Shown one piece after another: positions 9,461 through 16,240 of a stretch of DNA of 64,000 nt. The stretch's first letter is position 1. The number at the start of each line of letters is the position of its first letter. Under the pieces are notes generated by a model. The model was not told the DNA's origin and ran no database searches. It saw nothing but the letters and a program-made list of their open reading frames with translations. The translations under genes were made by a program, and so were the position numbers. Source of the stretch: a virus (taxonomy: Duplodnaviria > Caudoviricetes); IMG/VR virus record IMGVR_UViG_2811995091_000080, positions 19,460 to 83,459 of that record; one strand, written 5' to 3'.

Positions 9461-9765
9461 CAGACAGCGGCATTGAATGGCTATTCCGCATCGGGACCGG
9501 GGGCGGCTTTCTGGCGCTGGTCTATGTCACGCTCAAGTTCTTTGGGTCGAGCCAGACCGAGGCGGTGAACGCCTACGCGGATCTCTACAAGCTGGTGAAG
9601 GAGGAGCGCGACCAGTTCGCTGCCGACCTTGGCGCGCTTCGGGTGCAGATAGCGGCCCTGCGGTTGGAGCTTGAAGAAGAGCGCAACGCGCGGATCGGTC
9701 TTGAGCGGCAGTTGGCAGCGTCGGGTCAAGCGGCGGCTAGCGTTTTCCAGCGCAAGCAAGACTGA
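9448..9765 (+). CDS. Single-TM plus coiled-coil protein, holin-like candidate
   Basis: ATG 9448 after GGAGG; N-terminal TM, heptad-rich C-terminus. Confidence 0.5.
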   Translation: MEAIADSGIEWLFRIGTGGGFLALVYVTLKFFGSSQTEAVNAYADLYKLVKEERDQFAADLGALRVQIAALRLELEEERNARIGLERQLAASGQAAASVFQRKQD

Positions 9766-9863
9766 GTTATCCCCGAACAAATTGAGAACAGCGTAGTCCG
9801 CGAAGGTGGGTCGCGCTAGCATGTATTTCGAGGCCTAGCAATAGGCGTTGTGGGAGGGATCGC

Positions 9864-11030
9864 TTGAAGATCGACCCTGAACTTTATTCGTATTGCACCG
9901 ACCGCCAACGCGAGGTGCTTGAAGCTTACGAAGAACACGGCACCGGCCCTGCGGCTGCGGAGGCCCTTGGCGGCACCGACCGAACCTATCCTGACAAGGT
10001 GTTGCGTGACGTTCGGAAGAGGGCGGCGCGCGAGGGATATGCCCCGGGTCACTTTCAGGACGGCGTGGCCCCGGGCTACCTTATGGGCAAGGTCACGGTG
10101 CAGCGCGGCCCCGGGGGCGTCGAGCGCGTATGGGAGCGTCAGTCACCCGACCAAACCCGCGCACTTGAGGCGCTTAGGGAGGTCGTTGAAGGCATCCAGT
10201 CGGACATCGAGCCAGCGCCCCGGGTCAAGGCCCCGGCGGTTGCTAACTCGGACCTCTGCAACCTTTTCACTTTCACGGATTATCATTTAGGAATGCTCGC
10301 TTGGCATCGCGAAGGCGGGCAGGACTGGGACCTTCAGATTGCCGAAAGCACTCTGCGCAAAGCGATGGCCGCGATGGTTTCGCAAAGCCCCGTCGCCCAT
10401 ACGGCAGTGGTCAACATTCAGGGTGACTTCCTGCACACGGATGGCCTGACTCCGATTACTCCAGGGCACGGCCATGTCTTGGACGCTGACAGCCGTTTCC
10501 CGAAGATCCGCAAGGCGGCTATCCGCCTGATCCGCGAACTTTGCCGGATGGCGCTGGAAACGCACATGGAAGTGCATCTGATCCTAGCGGAAGGCAACCA
10601 CGATCAGGACAGCATGGGCTGGCTGGCTGACAGCTTCGCGGTCCTTTACGAAGACGAGCCGCGCCTGACGGTCAACGACAGCAACCTCCCCTTCTACGTG
10701 GTGGAGTGGGGCGAGACGATGATCGGTGTCCATCATGGGCACAAGGTGAAGAACGAGCAGCTTCCGCTCCTGTTTGCCGCTCAATACGCGCAAGCATGGG
10801 GGCGCACCCGTCGCCGCGAAATCCATTGCGGGCATCGGCATCACCGCGACGAGAAGGAATACAACGGCGTCACAGTCGTCCAGCATCCGACGCTGGCGGC
10901 CCGGGATGCCTATGCAGCGCGCGGGGGCTGGATTGCCGACCGCGCGGCACAAGCGATCACCTACCACAAGCGATACGGGCAAGTGGGCCGCGTCATGGTC
11001 TGCCCTGAAATGCTGGAAGAGGCGGCATGA
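9864..11030 (+). CDS. Calcineurin-like metallophosphoesterase with N-terminal HTH-like region, copy A
   Basis: TTG start after GGAGG; motifs TDYH, QGDFLH, EGNHD, HHGH, GHRHH; N-terminal 'RQREVLEAYEEHG...AAAEALG'. Confidence 0.85.
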   Translation: MKIDPELYSYCTDRQREVLEAYEEHGTGPAAAEALGGTDRTYPDKVLRDVRKRAAREGYAPGHFQDGVAPGYLMGKVTVQRGPGGVERVWERQSPDQTRALEALREVVEGIQSDIEPAPRVKAPAVANSDLCNLFTFTDYHLGMLAWHREGGQDWDLQIAESTLRKAMAAMVSQSPVAHTAVVNIQGDFLHTDGLTPITPGHGHVLDADSRFPKIRKAAIRLIRELCRMALETHMEVHLILAEGNHDQDSMGWLADSFAVLYEDEPRLTVNDSNLPFYVVEWGETMIGVHHGHKVKNEQLPLLFAAQYAQAWGRTRRREIHCGHRHHRDEKEYNGVTVVQHPTLAARDAYAARGGWIADRAAQAITYHKRYGQVGRVMVCPEMLEEAA

Positions 11031-11158
11031 TCGTCCCCACTCCCCTACCCGCCGCCCCTACGGCTGAAGAGGTGGCCCGCAAGATCGAACGCCAGCAAGC
11101 GCGGGCAGTAGAAAAGGCACTGGTCGAACGTGACCGCCAGTTGAGAGGTGCAGCATGA
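11027..11158 (+). CDS. 43-aa conserved hypothetical protein
   Basis: MIVPTPLPAAPTAEEVARKIERQQARAVEKALVERDRQLRGAA; ATGA overlaps at both ends; orthologue 55850..55981. Confidence 0.6.
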   Translation: MIVPTPLPAAPTAEEVARKIERQQARAVEKALVERDRQLRGAA

Positions 11159-11361
11159 TACCCTCTATCTTCGACACCGGCGTAGATGCAGCGGACTACG
11201 TTGCCCCCTACCCTGTCACCTATAGCAATTGGGATCTGTGCGAGGGGCTTCCTGACGAAGAGCTAACGGAGGTCTGCTTTACACCGGACTTCTCGGCAAA
11301 GCTGCCGGAGGAATGCCCCGATATGGTTGTCATCGACGAGGAAGATTTCGGTGGCGAATGA
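11155..11361 (+). CDS. 68-aa highly acidic protein
   Basis: 18 D/E versus 1 K; RBS GAGG; orthologue 55978..56181. Confidence 0.7.
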   Translation: MIPSIFDTGVDAADYVAPYPVTYSNWDLCEGLPDEELTEVCFTPDFSAKLPEECPDMVVIDEEDFGGE

Positions 11362-11536
11362 AGCCGCCCAAGCCCTCCGCGATGCTGCCGATTGCGTGGA
11401 AGCCTGCGCCCTATCGGATGCCCAGCTATACCTAATCGAGATGATCGCCCTTCATGTGAAGGACAAGGCAACCGGAGGGATAACCGACCGATGCCGCACA
11501 ACCAAGCTGCTGCTTAGGATGCTGGATCGTGGATAG
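11351..11536 (+). CDS. ~60-aa hypothetical protein
   Basis: GTG start; N-terminus AAQALRDAADCV shared with 56174..56347. Confidence 0.55.
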   Translation: MANEAAQALRDAADCVEACALSDAQLYLIEMIALHVKDKATGGITDRCRTTKLLLRMLDRG

Positions 11537-11906
11537 CCGCTTCAATAGCGCGACAGCGAATGTTCCAAAGCTCTGTCGCCTGACAGCAATGCCCGGGTTG
11601 CCCAAATATGTCCGACACCCCGCTGGACGCGATCAAAACAGCCAGCAAGCGGGGGTTCTCTGCGATGTATTCGCGCCAAAGCCGACCATAAAGCTCGGCG
11701 CACTCCTGCTGATTGACCGCCTTCCGCCCCTTGGCTTGCCGCCAAGTCAGTCCGGTGCTGCCGTCCGCGAACCTTTTGGCCGCTTGATAAATCTCTTCAA
11801 TCGACTTGCCGCCGCGTGCCTGAATGCGGGCGCAGAACGCGCTAAACCGCTTATCCCCGCGAGAACTGCATTCCCTAAAGGGCGCGTTGCCATGTCTAAC
11901 AGCCAT
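11514..11906 (-). CDS. NADAR-superfamily (ADP-ribosylhydrolase-like) protein
   Basis: 'ECSS.GDKRFSAF...SIEEIYQAAKRF' matches the NADAR FSxF / ExxYQAxKF signature; 'ENPRLLAVL...SDIFG' C-terminus; absent from copy B. Confidence 0.65.
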   Translation of the reverse strand: MAVRHGNAPFRECSSRGDKRFSAFCARIQARGGKSIEEIYQAAKRFADGSTGLTWRQAKGRKAVNQQECAELYGRLWREYIAENPRLLAVLIASSGVSDIFGQPGHCCQATELWNIRCRAIEAAIHDPAS

Positions 11907-11941
11907 GCCCCACGGCTACCACAAAAGCGAGGACATAGCAA

Positions 11942-12526
11942 GTGAACCGCAAGATTTTGTTTGACTGGCTTGATGCGCGATTTCCCGGCCTGTGGAACCG
12001 CCCCGGTTTTGTGGCTGGCTTCGACGCGGCCATTGACGCTGCGATTGCCGATCCTATCGACCTTGGCCCATCCAAGGTGCTGACCGTAAGCAAGGCGGGC
12101 GTGGATCTCATCAAAGAGTTTGAGGGGTGCCGCCTGACCGCGTATCCCGACCCCGGCACTGGCGGGAAGCCTTGGACGATTGGTTACGGGGCCACCCTCA
12201 TCAACGGCAAGCCTGTGACGCCTGGACTGCGGATCACGCGGGACATTGCCGACAAGCTGCTGCTGGAGGACATCGAGCGCCACGCGGACCCTGTGCGCGA
12301 TATGGTGAACGGATACGCCACGCAGGGCCAATTCGACGCGCTGGTGAGCTTTGCCTTTAACGTGGGCGTCAACGCGCTGAAACGGTCCACCCTGCTGCGC
12401 AAGCACATGGAGGGCGATCACGAGGGCGCGGCTAACGAGTTCGCCCGCTGGAACAAAGCTGCTGGCCGTGTGCTGGCTGGCCTGACCCGCCGCCGCGCAG
12501 CCGAAGTCAAGCTATACCGGAGCTAA
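11942..12526 (+). CDS. Endolysin, GH24 lysozyme (lambda/P21 R-like family), copy A
   Basis: LIKEFEGCRLTAYPD, WTIGYG, QFDALVSFAFNVG, GLTRRRAAE motifs. Confidence 0.92.
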   Translation: MNRKILFDWLDARFPGLWNRPGFVAGFDAAIDAAIADPIDLGPSKVLTVSKAGVDLIKEFEGCRLTAYPDPGTGGKPWTIGYGATLINGKPVTPGLRITRDIADKLLLEDIERHADPVRDMVNGYATQGQFDALVSFAFNVGVNALKRSTLLRKHMEGDHEGAANEFARWNKAAGRVLAGLTRRRAAEVKLYRS

Positions 12527-12543
12527 CCTAACAGGAGGGGCAC

Positions 12544-12660
12544 ATGAAGGGCGCTGCTTTTACGAGCGGAATGTTTTTAACCGCAACGGGAAGCATGACA
12601 GCCTTTTATGTTGCCGCTGTAGCGGTGGGATTGGTTATTGCTTGGCGGGTGGCGAGTTAG
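12544..12660 (+). CDS. 38-aa hydrophobic micro-protein
   Basis: RBS GGAGGGG; MKGAAFTSGMFLTATGSMTAFYVAAVAVGLVIAWRVAS; orthologue 57019..57135 has the same length. Confidence 0.6.
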   Translation: MKGAAFTSGMFLTATGSMTAFYVAAVAVGLVIAWRVAS

Positions 12661-13379
12661 CGTTTGAGGTGTTCTCCGCGCGATATGGCGTCCGCTAGGT
12701 CGGCGCATAAGCGGACATTTACAGGATAGCTCTGCGACCGGAGAAAGCGCACAATCTCGCGCCGCTCATCCGAGCCGCTTGTGCGCGGGCAACCGCAATT
12801 GCGGGGCTCATCCATAAACTGCCAGTCACTCATCCTTCACTCGCTTTCTGCCGCTTATACAGCCGGTCCATGATCTTGCGCCTCTCTTTGTAGAGGGGGG
12901 CTAGTGCGGTTAGTGCCGCGTCTATCTCTGTAAGCCTTCGCTTCTCTGCTTCTGTGGCGTAGTCGCGGGGGTTAGGCATTCGCGAGTTTCGCCTTCTTGT
13001 GCGCTTCCCAATCGGCATTGCGGCGCGCATCTTTCCAAGCCTTATGCGCGGCTTCTAACTCGGTCGTGTCCTCAGGGGAGTTCAGCGCGAGGTCGAGCCA
13101 CCGCTTGTGAGCTTCCGCTTCGGCTTTGGCTGCTTCCGACATACTCAATCTCCTTTGTCGGTGGCGTAGGGGTTAGGTGTTGCGGGCGGCTTCAAGCGCC
13201 TCGACGCGCTGGCGCGACACGGCGGCAGGAATTGGACTGCCGAGCTTCTCCGCGCGCCCGACCTCAAAAGAATGCCGATACTCTGCCGACCGATTGGTGG
13301 ACGGCCACGGCGCGTCAAGATCGCGCCCGTCGCGGTAGCCTTCTGCGTGTTCGTCGTCGGCCCAATGCTCACTTTGCAT
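12657..13379 (-). other. Leftward operon of four small hypothetical genes inside the lysis region (approx. 13173..13379, 12973..13143, 12830..~12980, 12657..12833)
   Basis: Coupled starts and stops, RBS AAGGA(A/G); the MPNP.DYAT..EKRRL.EID gene is shared with copy B. Confidence 0.6.
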
Positions 13380-13400
13380 AACAACTTCCTTTCTCCACAC

Positions 13401-13428
13401 ATAATACAGAGCCACGCCCGCAAAGCAA
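13401..13428 (-). promoter_or_regulatory. Leftward sigma70-like promoter (TTGCTT-16-TATTAT)
   Basis: Conserved with its RBS at 57995..58022 although the downstream gene differs. Confidence 0.6.
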
Positions 13429-13464
13429 GCGGAAAAGGCTTGATTTTTCCAGTGAGAACGTATA

Positions 13465-13704
13465 ATGAACATCAAGAAGATTTTGAAGGACTGGTTTACC
13501 GCGCCAGACAATGAGAACTTCGAGCTTGCCCGCGCGATGTGGGCGGTCGGGTTCGTCTGCGCGATGGGGTATCAGGCCGCCGATATTTGGCAGGGGCAGC
13601 CGTTCGATCTGCGGACCTTTGCTGAGAGCCTTGGCATCATCCTTGTGGGCGGTGGCGCGGCAACGGCGGTCAAAGACTTGGGCAGCGGAAGGAGCAAGCC
13701 ATGA
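13465..13704 (+). CDS. Holin-like 2-TM protein, copy A
   Basis: 79 aa, two hydrophobic helices, basic ends, upstream of spanins. Confidence 0.6.
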   Translation: MNIKKILKDWFTAPDNENFELARAMWAVGFVCAMGYQAADIWQGQPFDLRTFAESLGIILVGGGAATAVKDLGSGRSKP

Positions 13705-13902
13705 CTGAAGGATACGTTGACATTCGCGGCGAAGGCTGGGGCGGCGACATTACCGGCGACAGCGGGACCGCGTTCATGGACAAATGGGGCGGCCTCTCCA
13801 TCGAAGGGACGCGCACCTGATGCCCATCGGTGGCATTGATGACGCATTCATCCTCCGCGCACTCTGGCGGCGCTTCAAGGCGTGGCTGCGGGAGGTGTTC
13901 GC

Positions 13903-14190
13903 ATGATCGCAGCATGGCTTGGAACGAAGGCGCTAGGCCTTCAACGGTGGATATGGCTGCTTGCCCTCCTGGCGGCAATCGCTGGCGGCATTCTGTGGCT
14001 ACAGGCCCGCGAAGAAGCAGATGACAAGGCAAACCAAGAGATCGGCGCAAAGGTCCAGCGCGAAGGCGACCTGCGCAAGACTATCGAACGGGCGGAGACA
14101 GCCAATGAAGCTGCTGAAAATATCAAGCGTGATCCTGATGCTCGGCGTGACGGGTGCCTGCGCCACTCGCGAACCCCCGAGAATTGTTGA
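13903..14190 (+). CDS. i-spanin (Rz-like), copy A
   Basis: N-terminal TM then helical periplasmic region with C-terminal Cys; overlapped by lipoprotein gene. Confidence 0.75.
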   Translation: MIAAWLGTKALGLQRWIWLLALLAAIAGGILWLQAREEADDKANQEIGAKVQREGDLRKTIERAETANEAAENIKRDPDARRDGCLRHSRTPENC

Positions 14191-14335
14191 CACCTCCTGC
14201 CTTACGTTCCGCGCGATAAGCTATGCGGAACTGGCTGCTGGCGAGATGGACGATCCCGGCAACGTGGCTGACAGCAAGCCGACCGTGAAGGAGATCGAAG
14301 CGCATAACGCCAAGTGGGATGCTATCTGCGGTTGA
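14105..14335 (+). CDS. o-spanin (Rz1-like lipoprotein), copy A
   Basis: ATG 14105, signal peptide with lipobox VTGAC, overlapping +1 frame. Confidence 0.75.
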   Translation: MKLLKISSVILMLGVTGACATREPPRIVDTSCLTFRAISYAELAAGEMDDPGNVADSKPTVKEIEAHNAKWDAICG

Positions 14336-14716
14336 GGTAGAGGCCCCAACCAAGGAATAGCGGCCAAGCAACTATGAAGGCGGCAGCGATCAGATAGCGG
14401 CAGCGCCCGTCCGGCATTCCGGTGGACATAACCATGCCGACACCAGCAACAATATAGGCAGCTAGAAGATCATCAAACATTCGGCTTGATAACACGAAAA
14501 AGTGCTTGACGCAAGGGCCGAATGCTGTAGGGTGGTTGGGCTAGAATGAAAGTTGACTGGTTTGGCCAGCGACGGTCACGAGATAGCTGCGCGGCGCGTC
14601 ATGGAATTGGCGCGGGAAAGAAGGGTTGAGGATTCCGCCCGAACCGCCCGCAGCTACCTCACCAACGCCCCAATCACCCCGCTAGCAACCCCAGCCCGAT
14701 AAGCACCTGGACTGGC

Positions 14717-15371
14717 TTAGGTAGGCGCATTGGATGCCTCGATCATGGCGCGGTAGCCATCTGCAATGCTGTTGTGAAAATCGAAGCCGGTTGCATTGCC
14801 GAACGCCTCCACCATCGCCTCCGTAGGCTCAGCAGGCACCACAACGAACCCTGCTTGCTTGATTGCTGCTAGGGCGGCATCGGTGATGGTCCCGCAGACC
14901 TCTTTCGCGGCCAGCTCGTATGACTTGCTGGTCGAGTTGCCCTGCTGATGCTCCTTGCTTGGGAACAGCAAATCCGACGCGCAGATAAGCGCGCCGATAG
15001 GATCGCCGGAAAGCGGGTCCACCTTATCCCAGATCGCGTTCTCGATCACTTCTCTAAGATCATCCATGTTTGCTGTCCTCCTTGTGGTGGTCGAGGCGGC
15101 CTAGGGCGATAACAATATCCCACCCGATTGCCTTTGCAGCGTTCCCGCGCGCGTTCACAACCTCCTGAACGGCCCGTTTGGCATCCGCCAGCGCAATCAA
15201 TTTATCTGACATTGGTGTCTCCTGTGGCTAGGCGGTGCGTCCTGCGATCCGACCGCCAATATACGCAGCGGCGATCACAAGCCCGATGGGTAGCCCGTTA
15301 GGCAGTCCAGTGGCTTCGATCAGCAGAAGGCAAACTATGCCGGTGAAAAAGGCAACCGTGAGACCGGCCAT
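14717..15371 (-). other. Small leftward genes between spanins and attP (14717..15067 and two short ORFs)
   Basis: 14717..15067 shares N- and C-termini with 59183..59473; gene junction sequences shared with copy B. Confidence 0.55.
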
Positions 15372-15384
15372 CATCTATTCTCCC

Positions 15385-15963
15385 TCACTTAAGCCACCCC
15401 CAGCGCCTTCCACACCGGATGGAGCGCACAGTGTCATAGGAAACGCCATAGGCATCCGCCGCGTCCCGGTGCCCGCGTGTGTCGGCGCGGATAGCGCGAA
15501 CGTCATCCTCTGACAGCTTGGCCGAGTGCGACTTGGTGCCGCGCGGGCTTGTGCCGTCTATGAGGGTGTCTGCCATATTGTTTGGGCGCGTATCTTCGCG
15601 AATGTGCTGCGGGTTAATGCACGACCGATTGTGGCACACCTCAGGAGCGTGGCAGGCGTCCATTTCAGGTGCCATTTTCCGCCCATTGTATAACTCCCAC
15701 GCCGCACGGTGAGCGGGCATCTGCGCGCCGCCCCAAACGAGCCGTCCGTACCCTAACCTGTCGAGCGCGAACGGCCACAGGATACAATTATCCGTTGGCG
15801 CCCCCACTGCGTGCCTAAGGAACGCTTGCGGCTCCCCCGGCAGAGCATTTCCGCCAAGTGGGTGGCCATGGCGTTTCAGCCTCCCGTGGTGAGCAAGGCA
15901 AAGGACACCGATGCGCCGGGGGTTGTCGCACCAATCAATTGAACATAACTGCTGCTGCATCAT
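15385..15963 (-). CDS. HNH homing-type endonuclease
   Basis: CILWP..GYG..AHR.AW..CH..CHNRSCINPQH motif and C-terminal KLSEDDVRAIR DNA-binding repeat. Confidence 0.85.
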   Translation of the reverse strand: MMQQQLCSIDWCDNPRRIGVLCLAHHGRLKRHGHPLGGNALPGEPQAFLRHAVGAPTDNCILWPFALDRLGYGRLVWGGAQMPAHRAAWELYNGRKMAPEMDACHAPEVCHNRSCINPQHIREDTRPNNMADTLIDGTSPRGTKSHSAKLSEDDVRAIRADTRGHRDAADAYGVSYDTVRSIRCGRRWGWLK

Positions 15964-16026
15964 CTAGCGGCTCCATCGCTGGGTGACGGGCGGCTCGATG
16001 TACCAGATCGGGTCGCCCTTTTTAGA

Positions 16027-16240
16027 GGTACGAGTGTACACCACCCCTAGAACAGACGCAAAACAAAAAGGGCCTATATTGCGCAAATCCTTGTGGGTTT
16101 GTCCGTAGAAACCGCAGATTTGCGCGGGCACCTCCTGTTTACACCGAGAAGGTCGGGGGATCGTGGCCCTCAGCGCCCACCACGTTTTCTGCGAGTTTCG
16201 GCCTGTGTACGCCCTACCCCCAAAGGTACAACGGTACACT
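16027..16240. other. attP-like site A: 3' half of tRNA-Val(TAC) at 16138..16182 with arm-like repeats on both sides
   Basis: TT-TAC-AC loop, CGAGA, AGGTC, GGGGG/CCCTC T-stem, AGCGCCC-A-CCA; no 5' tRNA half; GGTACRA..GTACAC repeats at 16027..16042 and 16225..16240; abuts integrase stop. Confidence 0.8.

Noticed and set aside
9765-9790. GAGTT(A/T)TCCCCG resembling the start of a type I-E CRISPR repeat
   Set aside because: Single occurrence per phage, no second half of the palindrome, no spacers and no cas genes.
14495-14716. Rightward promoter (TTGACG-16-TAGGGT) and downstream ORF in the A-specific gap after the spanins
   Set aside because: No downstream ORF with an RBS or conserved counterpart in B; cannot be supported beyond a motif match.
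16100-16182. Complete tRNA-Val gene (and complete tRNA-Thr at 60500..60577)
   Set aside because: No 5' acceptor strand or D-arm at the expected distance and the 5' anticodon stem pairs poorly; only 3' halves are present.
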